From Akkermansia muciniphila (GTDB lineage Bacteria > Verrucomicrobiota > Verrucomicrobiia > Limisphaerales > BJHT01), in assembly GCA_945861535.1 (NCBI GenBank), contig CAMAUZ010000012.1, positions 11,908 to 75,907 of the forward strand: a DNA stretch of 64,000 nucleotides, written 5' to 3'. Of this stretch, positions 25,739 through 36,236 are shown in pieces; the stretch's first letter is position 1, and each line of letters starts with the position of its first letter. The notes below the pieces were generated by a model. That model had not been told where the DNA came from. It saw only the letters and a program-made list of their open reading frames with translations, and searched no databases. The translations under genes and the position numbers were made by a program.

Positions 25739-26791
25739 TCAGGCGACCGCGCCGAGGGAGTCGGTCTGTTGCGCCAGCAGGTCGGCGAGGCCCGCCAGGG
25801 CGGCGCGGCCGGCGTTGTCCGGCAGGGCCTGCAGGGCGGTGCGCGCGGCGGCGAGATACTGGTGGATCACGGCGCGCGAGGCGGCGAGGGCGTCGTGTTT
25901 TTGCAACAGCGCGACGGTGCGATCGTGAAATTCCGGCTGCCAGGCCTTGATCAATTCCTTCAGGCGCGTCTGCTCGGCGGGGGTGGCGCGTTCGAGAAAA
26001 ATCAGCACGGGCAGAGTCAGCTTGCCGCTGGCCAGATCGGTGCCGAGCGATTTGCCGGCGACTTTTTCCGAGCCGAACAGATCAAGGCAATCGTCGTGAA
26101 TCTGGTAGGCGGTGCCGAGTTTCATCCCGAATTCGCGCAGCACCGCGCGGCGGACGTCCGTGGCGCCGCTGAGCCACGCACTGAGGTCGCACGACAGCGC
26201 GAACAACTCGGCCGTCTTCATCGCGATCACTTTGAAATAATCCGCGCGGGGCAGGGCGAAATCGTGCCGGCGGTTGGTCTGCAAGATTTCGCCCGAACAC
26301 ACGGTCTTGGTGGCGGAGGCGACGGCCTGGCAGACCGCGGTGGTGGGAAATCCCGCGGCCAGCTTTAGGGCGTGGGCGAAGAGGCAGTCGCCGAGCAGCA
26401 CGGAAATCTGATTGCCCCAGTGCGCGGCGAGCGTGGGGCGTTGGCGGCGGATGCGCGCCTCGTCCATGATGTCGTCGTGAACCAGCGTAGCCAGATGGAT
26501 CATCTCGATGATGACCGCCACGGTGACATGGTCGTCGCCGAGGGTGCCGACGGCGTTGGCGCTCAACCCGATGAGCGCGGGGCGAAGCTGCTTGCCCTGG
26601 CTGGAAACGGCGTATCGCGCGTAGGCGGCGATCTCGGGATCGAAGGTGTGGACTTGGTCGCCAAGGTTGACGGAAACGGCCGCGAGAAAAGGGTCCACCG
26701 GCTCCACGATGCGCCGCCAGGGCGAATCGGGAACCGTGACGGAAAGGGCAGTTTCAGGGGGTCCCGCCGCTTTGACTTCAGCAGCCAACAT
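25739..26791 (-). CDS. Trans-polyprenyl diphosphate synthase (IspB-like)
   Basis: First DDxxD LATLVHDDIMDE; second motif YQIHDDCLDLFG; overall polyprenyl_synt pattern. Confidence 0.85.
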   Translation of the reverse strand: MLAAEVKAAGPPETALSVTVPDSPWRRIVEPVDPFLAAVSVNLGDQVHTFDPEIAAYARYAVSSQGKQLRPALIGLSANAVGTLGDDHVTVAVIIEMIHLATLVHDDIMDEARIRRQRPTLAAHWGNQISVLLGDCLFAHALKLAAGFPTTAVCQAVASATKTVCSGEILQTNRRHDFALPRADYFKVIAMKTAELFALSCDLSAWLSGATDVRRAVLREFGMKLGTAYQIHDDCLDLFGSEKVAGKSLGTDLASGKLTLPVLIFLERATPAEQTRLKELIKAWQPEFHDRTVALLQKHDALAASRAVIHQYLAAARTALQALPDNAGRAALAGLADLLAQQTDSLGAVA

Positions 26792-26946
26792 GGTCGGGGA
26801 CAGTAGGTAGCGGTTTCGGGCAAGTCAAACGTTTGGAAAATCTTGGAAATCTCCGCCATGGCGCGAGTGAGACTGAGGAAGTTTTAAGTGTGGAGTGTTC
26901 AGTTTGAAGGGGGAACAAATGCGGAGCGGGCGGGGGCACGGGGTTG

Positions 26947-27030
26947 GTGGGTAGGGCGCGTCTGTCCTCAGCGCGCCGGTGGGATGTCCGCACCTCCGCG
27001 GCGCGCTGAGGACAGACGCGCCCTACCCAC
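26947..27030. repeat. REP family R2, copy 2 (intergenic)
   Basis: gtgggtagggcgcgtctgtcctcagcgcgc ... gcgcgctgaggacagacgcgccctacccac, as at 3721-3804. Confidence 0.9.
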
Positions 27031-27068
27031 CGCAGTTCAGCCGACTCAAACCAGGCGGGGAACCGCAA

Positions 27069-27833
27069 TCACGGAAGCGGGCGACCGGTCAACCGCTCGC
27101 GCACCCACGCCACCAGATTGCGCAAGCTGCGGGAGCGGTAGCGCGCCGTGAGGCGCATCAGCTCGAACGGCGAGTCGGCGGCGGTGTTGACGCCGGGATT
27201 GGTGGTGCAGGCCGTGCGGTAGCCGGCTTCGATCACGAGGTCGCGCACGGCCGGATTCCAGTCGCCGTACGGATAGCAGAAGTGCTCGATTTCCCGGCCG
27301 AAGAGGTCTTCCAGCTTCTTCTTGCTCGCACAGATTTCCTCGCGCGCAGCATCCACCGGCAACCGCGTGAGGAACGGATGCGACCGTGTGTGCGAGCCGA
27401 TGTCGTGGCCCGCCGCCAGCCATTCACGGACCTGCACGGCGTCCATGAGCGGTTCGGTGCGCTCGCCCGCCGCCGCCTCCCATTCGTTCGTTTTGCCCAG
27501 CAAATCGACCACCAGAAACTGCATCGCGGTGAAGCCGTTGCTTCGCAGCGGCGCGAGCGCGTGCTCGAGCACATTCACAAACCCATCATCAAACGTCAGC
27601 ACGACGCGCCCCGCTGCTTGCGGTCCCGCAGCCTCCGTCAGCGCGCCGCTGCGATACCCGGCGGCGCGCAATTCCCCAAGCTGCCGCGCGAACAATGCCG
27701 GACTGACATACAGCCCCTTCAACCGCGCCCCGCGCGGCCGCGGCCCGACCTTGTGATACGTGAGCACCGGATTGCCCGTGGCAAACAGGGTCCGAAATTC
27801 CCCGAGCGAAGTGTAGTAATGCGGCGTCGCCAT
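27069..27833 (-). CDS. Polysaccharide deacetylase (NodB homology domain)
   Basis: LTFDDGFVNVLEHALAPL..., GHDIGSHTRSHPFL. Confidence 0.85.
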   Translation of the reverse strand: MATPHYYTSLGEFRTLFATGNPVLTYHKVGPRPRGARLKGLYVSPALFARQLGELRAAGYRSGALTEAAGPQAAGRVVLTFDDGFVNVLEHALAPLRSNGFTAMQFLVVDLLGKTNEWEAAAGERTEPLMDAVQVREWLAAGHDIGSHTRSHPFLTRLPVDAAREEICASKKKLEDLFGREIEHFCYPYGDWNPAVRDLVIEAGYRTACTTNPGVNTAADSPFELMRLTARYRSRSLRNLVAWVRERLTGRPLP

Positions 27834-27845
27834 GTGACCGGCAGA

Positions 27846-28859
27846 CTATCCCCGCCCCGCCCCGCCCGTCTCCACCAAAGCCGCCTCGCAAGCCGCGACT
27901 ACCGTCCCCAGTTCAATCGCCTCGATCGGCCCCGCCAGCGGCCCGATCATCCAGTCGCGATGTTGATACGGACAACCCATCTCCTGTGCGGCATAGCCCG
28001 ACACCATCACCACGCGCCGCCCCATCGCCACCGCCAGATGCAACAACCCCGTCACTCCACCCACCGTCACGCGACACAACTGCATCAGCCCCGCCGTCAC
28101 CAGCAACGACGCCCCCGCCGACACGACAAAACCCTCCTGCCGCGCGCCCGTCAGCAAGCCCGCCTCCGCCGGCCCGCCGCCGAAAATCACCTGCCGCCCG
28201 CGACTCCGCCACTCCCGCGCCAGCGCCAGATACCGCTCCAGCGGCCAGTTCTTCGGGGGTGAACTCGTGAAGGGCTGGATGAACAACGTCGGCCTCCCCG
28301 GCTCCAGTTTTTCCCGCTGAAAAAAACTGCGCGCCGTCTCGAGTTCCGCTTCCGGCAGCCGAAACTCATTGCGCACCGGCGTTGCCCGCAGCCCCGCCTC
28401 GAGGCCCAGCGCCAGATTGCTGTCCGCGAGATGTATCCCGTAATTACGAGCAATCGGCTTCGTAAACGCCCACCGCCGGCTCGCGCGATTGATCAGCCCC
28501 CAGCGCTCCGCCGCGCCCGTCACCCAGCTCAGGATCGCCGTCTCGCCGTACCCCTGAAAATCCAGCACATGCGACAACCCCGCGCGCCGGCAGCGCCCGA
28601 CCAGTTGCAAAATATTGCGCACCCCCGCCAGCCACCGCCCCTGCCGGAACGCCTGCCGATCCAGCAACAGCACCTCATCCACCATCGCAAACCCCCGCAG
28701 CAACGGCGCATTCTCCGTCGCCGTGAGAAACAAAATCCGGTGCTCTGGAAAATTCTCCCGCACCAGCGCCGCCGCCGGCAACGTCAGCACGACATCCCCG
28801 ATGGATTTGAGCCGGATAATCAAAATCGAAGGCGCGGTCATCATTGCGGCATTATGCAA
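27846..28859 (-). CDS. Glycosyltransferase family 9 (LPS heptosyltransferase-like)
   Basis: ILIIRLKSIGDVVLTLPAAALVRENFPEHRILFLT is typical of the GT9 N-terminus. Confidence 0.8.
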   Translation of the reverse strand: MHNAAMMTAPSILIIRLKSIGDVVLTLPAAALVRENFPEHRILFLTATENAPLLRGFAMVDEVLLLDRQAFRQGRWLAGVRNILQLVGRCRRAGLSHVLDFQGYGETAILSWVTGAAERWGLINRASRRWAFTKPIARNYGIHLADSNLALGLEAGLRATPVRNEFRLPEAELETARSFFQREKLEPGRPTLFIQPFTSSPPKNWPLERYLALAREWRSRGRQVIFGGGPAEAGLLTGARQEGFVVSAGASLLVTAGLMQLCRVTVGGVTGLLHLAVAMGRRVVMVSGYAAQEMGCPYQHRDWMIGPLAGPIEAIELGTVVAACEAALVETGGAGRG

Positions 28860-28918
28860 TCAGGAGTGCACAACGCACCTCAGTGTTCACCCTAGCGAGC
28901 TCCGGCATCCGATTCCGG

Positions 28919-30163
28919 CTACCTTGACGGTGACGGGACAACTCTTGGTCTGGAAGATACCTCATAAAGAATACCAGCCAGTCTCCGGGTCTGCTCCCTT
29001 CTGGAATACCGGGCCACCTCGTGCTCCTTACGGGTGTGAAGTAACTCGTTACCAGCCTTCCAATCCCGGAACCACGCCGTCAGTTGTGCGGCAATTTCCT
29101 CGGGATGGGTTGCGGCAACACCGGCCCCCGTCCGATCCAGCAAGGCCTTCACTTCACCATGGTCGTCTGGCACAGACAGAATCGCCCGCCCGGCGCCCAA
29201 GTAATCAAAAATCTTGGCCGGCAGGACCCCCCGTTCAGTGACATGGGAGAGCACCAGCAACACAGGAGTCGCCTGCAGTATGCGGATCATAGAACTATGC
29301 GGGATGCGGGCAAGTATCCTGACCGGCAGATGCTCGCAAATCCCGGGGCGGGCCCGTAAGTATTCCCGAAGGTCGGCCCCGTAGAAGCAAACTTCGATTT
29401 CGCCCGCCGGGATAGCGCCGCGCCGCAAACACAAATCCAAAGCCTGGAAGAACGGAGTCGGATCCTGCCGGGGCCACGCCAATGTCCCCGAAAACACCAC
29501 CCGAAATATCTGCTCCCGCTGCACGACGGGCTGGTTTTCAAATAGCGCCGGATCAAACCCATTATTGATCACCTCCACCGACCGGTGACATCGCCCTTGG
29601 ATCGCCTCTGCGAGACCATCCGACACAGTGGTTACGTGACTCGCAGCGCGGCACAAGGTGCCCTCCCGATAGGCCAACCCCGGCCGTTTATACCAGGAGC
29701 TGAAGTGTTGCGCGTTGTAGCTGTCCCGGATGTCCGCCACCCAACCCACGCCCAGACGGCGCGCCGCCACCTGAGCCAATCCCAACGGCGCCAACGGGTC
29801 GGAGGTGCCCCAAACCGCGTCAAATGACTGCTTTTTAAGCAGCGACATAATCTCTCCCAGTGCCCGCCGCCACCAATGTATGGGTGCCCGTTCCGGTTGG
29901 AAGTAAGGGAATAACTTCCGTTCCACCACCCGCGCGTAAAAACCCCGGATCACCGGGTTGGGCACCCGGATCACTGTTACTCCATCGGGTAACTTCCCGA
30001 CAAAATCGGGGTCGTAGTTTGGGCTGCCCACCGGCCAGTCCTGACAGATGACCGTCGGCATCCAGCCGTTTTCCACCAGATATTTCGCAAAGCATCCAGT
30101 CCGATAGCTGGCAATACAGTTGCGGGGAACAAAATAGAACGAACAGAGCAAAACCTGCTTCAT
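28919..30163 (-). CDS. Glycosyltransferase, GT-B fold (GT4-like)
   Basis: ATG 30163: MKQVLLCSFYFVPRNCIASYRTGCFAKYLVENGW... Lower GC than the flanks. Confidence 0.65.
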   Translation of the reverse strand: MKQVLLCSFYFVPRNCIASYRTGCFAKYLVENGWMPTVICQDWPVGSPNYDPDFVGKLPDGVTVIRVPNPVIRGFYARVVERKLFPYFQPERAPIHWWRRALGEIMSLLKKQSFDAVWGTSDPLAPLGLAQVAARRLGVGWVADIRDSYNAQHFSSWYKRPGLAYREGTLCRAASHVTTVSDGLAEAIQGRCHRSVEVINNGFDPALFENQPVVQREQIFRVVFSGTLAWPRQDPTPFFQALDLCLRRGAIPAGEIEVCFYGADLREYLRARPGICEHLPVRILARIPHSSMIRILQATPVLLVLSHVTERGVLPAKIFDYLGAGRAILSVPDDHGEVKALLDRTGAGVAATHPEEIAAQLTAWFRDWKAGNELLHTRKEHEVARYSRREQTRRLAGILYEVSSRPRVVPSPSR

Positions 30164-30308
30164 AATTTTGCCATCGCCGTTAAGGAAAACCGGTGGGTCG
30201 CCGGTCACTCCCCGAATTCCGCGCCGAGCCGCAGCCCGGGAGACCTGGCCATCCGTTGGTCAATGAAGTTAGCATTGTCTTTATCCGCGAGTAGCTCGCC
30301 CGGTTGTC

Positions 30309-32294
30309 TCAAACCTTGACTCCAAATCGCTTCACCCATCTGCCAAAACAAATCATGCGCCAGCACGCAGTATCGTAAGGCAGTTCCCCGCGGATAATAC
30401 GTTCCAGATAGTCCGGCGCGCCAGAAGTGAGAATCCCCCGGCTCACTGCCACCGCCTCTGCCAGTTCAGCGCGAAAGGTGTCTGCATGAGTCTCCCGGGC
30501 CCAAATCTCCTCCGGAGTCACAAACGCCATCTTGTCACGTCGCAGCCGAACCGGCTCCGGCATTAGATCCCTCATCCCGGATCGGACGACGGCCTTGGAC
30601 CAACCGTCCCGGATTTTGTGCTGGTCTGGCAGACTCAGCGCAAACTCCGCCAGCCGGTAATCCAGAAACGGTAGTCGGGCCTCGATGGCGTGCGCCATGG
30701 AGTTGCGATCCTCCCAATGCAAAAGCTTCTGCAAGTGCTGACCGGTCATCATTTCGAGCGATAACTCCCGCGCGTTTTGGAAACGCTCAAACCGGCTCGC
30801 CAGCCGGCCGGGATTCTCCGCGTTCAGACGCCGCGGATGCAGCCAACCCGGCAATCTCGATCTTCGCCGATGCGCCCGGAAGGCGCTTTGCACCGGAAGT
30901 GGTGTCCAAGCGTCCCGGAGTGCCCGCAACCTGCCTTTGCCACCGCCAGCTTCGCGGAAGGCCGCACGCCACTTGCCAGTCCGAACCAAGTTCGCCAGGA
31001 AGGGACGGCGGAAAGACTGATAGCCATAGAACAGTTCGTCAGCCCCCTGCCCGTCTAACATCACTTTAACTCCCTTCGCCGCCGCCGCCGCAAATACCGT
31101 CCACTGGGCGTAGATGCTTGTGGAGCCGAAAGGCTCATCCTGGTGCCAGATCAATTCATCCAGAGCGGCGAACAGTCCGGCGGCGGACGGAAACACATGA
31201 CTCGCTTGGGCACCCACCATTGCCACTACTTTTTCGGAGTACTCTCGCTCATCGAAGCGCGGAAGTTCAGAGCATGCCGTGAAGGTTTTCTGAGGGATCA
31301 CCTCACCCTGGCCGATCAGTTGCTCGCGGACGGTGCAAACAATGGCCGAAGAATCCAAGCCCCCAGACAGACAGGAAGCGATCGGGGCATCCGACCGCAG
31401 CCGCAAGGCTACGGCATCGCGAAACAATTCCAGGAACCGGGCCGCCGCCGCGTCAAAGTCGCCGTCAAAGCAGGCAGGCGGGAGGGCATACCACCGCCGG
31501 ACCTTAAAGGCGGCCGATCTTTCGGCGTCGGCCGCACCCAACCATCGCCGACAATCGAGAATCGCATAGGTGCCCGGTTCGAGCTGCTGTACCCCCGCAA
31601 ACATGGTTTCGGAACTGTGATCCTGAAGACCATGAAGAAGGAAGTCCTGGACCGCCTGTTCGTTGGCCCGCGCCTCCCAGTCGGGCACGGCGGTGAACGC
31701 CTTGATTTCGGAGGCGAAAGCGAAAGTTGCCTGAGCCATGCGATAGTAGAGCGGCTTGACCCCAAACCGATCACGCGCCAAGAACAGTTCCTGTTTCTCC
31801 GCGTCGTAGATAGCCAGCGCCCACATCCCGTTAAATCGGTCAAGGCACGCGGCTCCCCAGCGCGAATAGGCGGCGAGGATTACTTCGGTATCACTGTGGG
31901 ATAGGAACGTGGAACCCGCCGCCTCGAGTTCTGCTCGTAGCTCCCGATAGTTATAGACCTCGCCGTTGTAAACGATCCAATACCGACCGGCATGACTCAT
32001 AGGCTGATGGCCCAGGGGAGAGAGATCCACAATGGACAGCCGCCGATGAGCCAGAGCTATGCGGATCGCACCGCCTTCGGCGGCTGGCCCGACCATCCCG
32101 GCCGGGCGCCACGGGGAATCAGTTGCCCATACCGCGCTCGCTGTGTCGCGCCCCCCCAGCGAAACGGGTCCACCCGGTCCTATGGACAGGTAGCCTTCGT
32201 CGTCCGGCCCCCGGTGCCGCATCAGTCGGTTCATTCCCGAGATGACATCCAGTGTCTCAAGCTTCGCAGAGATCAATCCGGCAATCGCACACAT
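30309..32294 (-). CDS. Asparagine synthase (glutamine-hydrolysing)-family amidotransferase
   Basis: MCAIAGLI (Ntn Cys2), LSIVDLSPLGHQPM, SGGLDSS PP-loop; 661 aa. Confidence 0.9.
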   Translation of the reverse strand: MCAIAGLISAKLETLDVISGMNRLMRHRGPDDEGYLSIGPGGPVSLGGRDTASAVWATDSPWRPAGMVGPAAEGGAIRIALAHRRLSIVDLSPLGHQPMSHAGRYWIVYNGEVYNYRELRAELEAAGSTFLSHSDTEVILAAYSRWGAACLDRFNGMWALAIYDAEKQELFLARDRFGVKPLYYRMAQATFAFASEIKAFTAVPDWEARANEQAVQDFLLHGLQDHSSETMFAGVQQLEPGTYAILDCRRWLGAADAERSAAFKVRRWYALPPACFDGDFDAAAARFLELFRDAVALRLRSDAPIASCLSGGLDSSAIVCTVREQLIGQGEVIPQKTFTACSELPRFDEREYSEKVVAMVGAQASHVFPSAAGLFAALDELIWHQDEPFGSTSIYAQWTVFAAAAAKGVKVMLDGQGADELFYGYQSFRRPFLANLVRTGKWRAAFREAGGGKGRLRALRDAWTPLPVQSAFRAHRRRSRLPGWLHPRRLNAENPGRLASRFERFQNARELSLEMMTGQHLQKLLHWEDRNSMAHAIEARLPFLDYRLAEFALSLPDQHKIRDGWSKAVVRSGMRDLMPEPVRLRRDKMAFVTPEEIWARETHADTFRAELAEAVAVSRGILTSGAPDYLERIIRGELPYDTACWRMICFGRWVKRFGVKV

Positions 32295-32582
32295 GTAATT
32301 AGTTCTACCGGCGCCTATCTAACTTCAAAGACCTATTTCGCCACTAGCTCTGATCTGCCATAAACTACCATCCCTCACCCCGCCTCGGGTCATCAGTCCG
32401 TCCTCCCGGAGTAACCTGGGTGATGAGATTCACCACAGCGCAACTCGGATGGCAAAAGGCTGACAGGTGCCAAACACGGCGTAAAGGATTTCCCCGGGGA
32501 CTCATGCGGTGCGTCCCGTGGAAGCTGGGTGACCCGTCGTTGGCCGGACTTGAGCGAATGGCCCGACCCCGAAAGGGCTGGG

Positions 32583-33962
32583 CTACGAGCCGGCGGCAAA
32601 CTGCACCATCAGGCTTTCGAGCTGCGGCTTATCCTGTAGCTGCAGGCTGGAGGTGCCCCCGAGTTTCAATAACGCCGCCACCTGTTGCCGGACCCTTGCC
32701 TCGCTCATCCCGTAACCGTGCAAGTAAGTAGTCTTTTTTGGGTCACACTTCCACGCCTCCGGGCACTCCGTCGTCAGCACTTCAATCATTCGTTGTGCCA
32801 CCGCCTGGTGGTTCCAGACCGTAGTCACAAACTCCCGTGCCCGGTGCCCTAACTTGATCCGGTATTCGTGATCGACCACCAAGGTTTGAATGGCCTCGGC
32901 GATCCGGTCAGGATGGCACACCTCGGAGGGCGGACGAAACTCCCGAGGTATCTCCCTGGCGAACAGTTCGGCCGCATAACTGCCCACCACGGCAGGCTTG
33001 CCCCATCCCGCCGCCTCCGCGGCCAGTCCCGCCATGGGGGTGTCCGAAAAAACCTGGTCCACTACCAGATCACATTGGCGCAGGGCATCCTGCACCACCC
33101 GGTTCGGCTGGTTGATTATTTCCGTGTAATCCAAAGCCAATCCCTTGGCGCGCAACTGGGCAATGGCGGCCCGAATTCGTTCGGTTCCCTTGGATTCGGG
33201 ATGCGACGGACAATGAAGTATCCGCATTGCGCGCCCGGAATCAGGGGGCGTTCCGGCCGCGGGATTGCCGCTGCCGATCACCGGGAATCCGAGGGCAAAA
33301 AAGGACAGAAACTCCCGCCGGTGCAGTTGGGCCGAGTAAGGGTTGGCGACAATCAAGTCGGAGTGGGCCTCAATCGTCGCGAGTTCCTGCTGTTGCCGCC
33401 GCGTCAAGCTGATGCATTCCGCCGGGGAGACATTGTGCTCCTGGCGCAGACACGAGCCATCCATATAGGGCGGCCGGGAATCGCTGCCCATGAAGATGCA
33501 AACCACCCGTTTGCCGCGGCGCCGCAACCAAGCCAGGTCCCCGAACGATTTGGAAAAGGTACTCTTGTAACCGAAAATGAAAACGTCGTGGTGCCGCGCC
33601 GCCCAGCGCAACAGGCGCCACCGCAACAGCTTTTCCCGCGTGCTGGCCGCCAACCGGCGAAGCCCTAGGAAACCCGGCTGCTGCCGCGCCCGCCGGGCGG
33701 CGCGAATCGCCTGCACATAGGGAACCTGCTCGTCGCACCCGTATCCAAAGGGATGCTCGGTCAGGCAGGCATAGGAACACCGGACCCCGTACGAGCGGAG
33801 TCCCTGCCACAGGCCGTTATAGTAGCCGGCGGTTTCCGAGAGTCCGATAAAGATGCGCGGATGTGTCGGCGCACCCGCGAGGGGCGGTGGGGGCTGGGGG
33901 TCACAGTCAGGCATTGGCGGCGGGGTAGGTTGGGTTTTCATCGCACTCGAAGCTTGCTCCAA
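32583..33962 (-). CDS. Hypothetical protein, possibly a GT-B-type glycosyltransferase
   Basis: 459-aa ORF in the glycan cluster. The C-terminal half (ILHCPSHPESKGTERI...DLVVDQVF..) resembles a GT1/4 C-domain. TTG 33962 or ATG 33940 start. Confidence 0.4.
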   Translation of the reverse strand: MEQASSAMKTQPTPPPMPDCDPQPPPPLAGAPTHPRIFIGLSETAGYYNGLWQGLRSYGVRCSYACLTEHPFGYGCDEQVPYVQAIRAARRARQQPGFLGLRRLAASTREKLLRWRLLRWAARHHDVFIFGYKSTFSKSFGDLAWLRRRGKRVVCIFMGSDSRPPYMDGSCLRQEHNVSPAECISLTRRQQQELATIEAHSDLIVANPYSAQLHRREFLSFFALGFPVIGSGNPAAGTPPDSGRAMRILHCPSHPESKGTERIRAAIAQLRAKGLALDYTEIINQPNRVVQDALRQCDLVVDQVFSDTPMAGLAAEAAGWGKPAVVGSYAAELFAREIPREFRPPSEVCHPDRIAEAIQTLVVDHEYRIKLGHRAREFVTTVWNHQAVAQRMIEVLTTECPEAWKCDPKKTTYLHGYGMSEARVRQQVAALLKLGGTSSLQLQDKPQLESLMVQFAAGS

Positions 33963-34273
33963 GAAAACCGCAGTTGAGACGAGGCACCGAAGACACGAAA
34001 CACGAAAATTGGCTGAGCGTGAGTTTTCCGGCCCCGAAAAGACTTCCCCCCGCGTGGTGAAGCAGGAGCTTGCGGTAACGCGTTGGATTCTCGTGTTTTT
34101 CGGGGTCGCAAGTGCTTTTTCTGGGTCGATGTTTCGGAAGGCAGCCGTGCGCCATCAGCGCGCCGTGACTTCCCCAAGTTGCGGGCCGGCTGCGGCAGCA
34201 TACCCGCCTGCGCCATGTTCCTCGCAAACCCGGTGCCCGAAGAGCCTGCGCGGGACCGGCTGCCGGAGTTTGT

Positions 34274-34915
34274 TCAGCCGCGCTGCCAAAAGCTGTTGGG
34301 CTCGATGAAGCCCGCCGGTTGGTAACCGTGGTGGCGGAGCCACTCGTGCTTTTGCGCGTTCGGCGCGCCATCGCCGTCTTCGGTCACGATGCAGCGCGGT
34401 CGGTGCCGGGTCGTGTCCAGGCTCTGCAGCACCTGAAAATCCCAGCCCTCGGTGTCGATCGAGAGAATCCCCAGGTCGGCAAAACCTTCGGCGTCGAGGA
34501 TTTCGCTCAGCGGCCGGACCTGCACCCGCACGCTTGTCGCCGCCGCCCGGCCCGTGTTGAAGTGCGGATGCGCGCCCGGCGTGAGCGTGGATTGCGAGGA
34601 GTCGGCAGGATCTATATGCAGCTCCATCTCGCCCGCCGCCGGACCACACGCGACGTTGAGGCATTTTACATTCGTCCGGCCCGCGTGCCGGGCGGTGAGC
34701 TGGGTGAAGGCACCGGGATGCGGCTCGATGAGCAATGAGCGCCAGCCCCGCGCGACAAAGGGAAACGAGTTTGAGCCGTAGAACCCATCGTTCGCGCCGA
34801 CATCGACAAACGTGCGCGGGGCATCGGGTCCGGCGAGCCGCTCCATCAGGCGGAACTCGCCGTGGAAGGTCGTGTCTTTGAACAACAGGTATTTGAAAAG
34901 CTGACGGGCATTCAT
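34274..34915 (-). CDS. FkbM-family methyltransferase
   Basis: FVDVGANDGFYGSNSFPFVARGWRSLLIEPHP. ATG overlaps the upstream TGA (ATGA). Confidence 0.8.
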   Translation of the reverse strand: MNARQLFKYLLFKDTTFHGEFRLMERLAGPDAPRTFVDVGANDGFYGSNSFPFVARGWRSLLIEPHPGAFTQLTARHAGRTNVKCLNVACGPAAGEMELHIDPADSSQSTLTPGAHPHFNTGRAAATSVRVQVRPLSEILDAEGFADLGILSIDTEGWDFQVLQSLDTTRHRPRCIVTEDGDGAPNAQKHEWLRHHGYQPAGFIEPNSFWQRG

Positions 34916-36129
34916 GAATTGGGCGGTCGCGCTGAGTTCAGGAGGCGACGGTAGAGTTCCAGCGATTTTTCTGCGAGCACAGAGAGTGAGGCGCGGGCGG
35001 CGACATGGTCGTGGAGAATGCGGCGGTGCGAAGCATCCAAACGCGGCGCGTGAAATTCAGCGAGCATGGCGGCGGCGAGTTCGGGGACGGATTCGGGCGC
35101 GACGAGACGCCCTTGTCCGCCGATGGCGAACGCTTCGGGAATTCCATCCAGCGCGGACGCAATCACGGGCCGGCCGCACGCGTGCGCCTCGCACACCACG
35201 AGGCCAAACGCTTCCGTGCCGACCTGCGGATGCACGAGGCAATCAATCGCGTTCATTGCGGCGGGCATGTCGCCGCACCACGGCGCGAGCGTCGTACACC
35301 CGCGCAGCCCGAGGCGTTCAATGTCCTCCAGGAGCGTGTCACGCAGGCTGCCGCCACCGACCATGAGAAAACGCGCCAGCGGCAGTTTGTCCCGCAGCGT
35401 GGCGGCGGCTTGCAGGAATTCGCGCTGCCCCTTGCCGCGCGGGAGTTCGTAGCCGCCCATGACCGCAAATGCAAAATGCTCGGGCGACAGACCCCATGAC
35501 TGCCGCAGCGCGAGCACGGTGGAATCGTCGGCGGGACGCGGTTGAAACCGCGCGGTGTCGAGGCCGCCATGAATCACGACAATTTTGGCATGGTCGCCGA
35601 GCAGGGGCGGGCGCCGGCGGCGCTCGGGTTCGGGTGAACGCGGTTCGTTGACGCCTTCGCGCAGCACCCGCGCGGTGAATTCGGAGACGGCCACCAGCGC
35701 GTCACACTGCCCGAGGAGGAAGCGTCGGCTCGGCCACGAGCTTGGGCTTTTCGCCATGTGTCGGGTGAGCACGATGCGCGGGCGCCGCCCGGAAAGCAGC
35801 GCCGCCAGAATGGTCGGCCAGAGGTCGCGCCCGTGGTGGCCGTGGATGATTTGGATGGCGTGCCGCCGGATGAGCCGCGCGCAGCGAACAATGAAGCCGA
35901 GCTTGAGCGGTCCCGCCGCGCCCGTGTCGGACAGGGGCATCCCGTCCGCGCGCGCGCGCCGGCCCAGTGCGCGCTCCGCCGGCCCGGCGAGCCAGACCGA
36001 CTGGCCCAGCGCCAGCAAGCCCTGCACGAGCTTGACGCACTGGTCGTCGGTGCCGCCGCCCGTCAGCATGGAGTTGACGTGCAGCACACGGACCGGTGGA
36101 CCATCGGCGGAGTAAACAGGCGGCGGCAT
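34912..36129 (-). CDS. Glycosyltransferase family 4 (group 1)
   Basis: VLHVNSMLTGGGTDDQ..., and the EX7E region GTEAFGLVVCEAHACGRPVIAS. Confidence 0.85.
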   Translation of the reverse strand: MPPPVYSADGPPVRVLHVNSMLTGGGTDDQCVKLVQGLLALGQSVWLAGPAERALGRRARADGMPLSDTGAAGPLKLGFIVRCARLIRRHAIQIIHGHHGRDLWPTILAALLSGRRPRIVLTRHMAKSPSSWPSRRFLLGQCDALVAVSEFTARVLREGVNEPRSPEPERRRRPPLLGDHAKIVVIHGGLDTARFQPRPADDSTVLALRQSWGLSPEHFAFAVMGGYELPRGKGQREFLQAAATLRDKLPLARFLMVGGGSLRDTLLEDIERLGLRGCTTLAPWCGDMPAAMNAIDCLVHPQVGTEAFGLVVCEAHACGRPVIASALDGIPEAFAIGGQGRLVAPESVPELAAAMLAEFHAPRLDASHRRILHDHVAARASLSVLAEKSLELYRRLLNSARPPNS

Positions 36130-36236
36130 TTGGGTCAGCGACGGGCCGCGGTGTTGGCGGCGAGGCGGGGCAGAAATTCAGTGAAACCGGCGGGGAGCGA
36201 AAAATCGGAAAGCATGGCTGGCGCGGACCGTGGATT

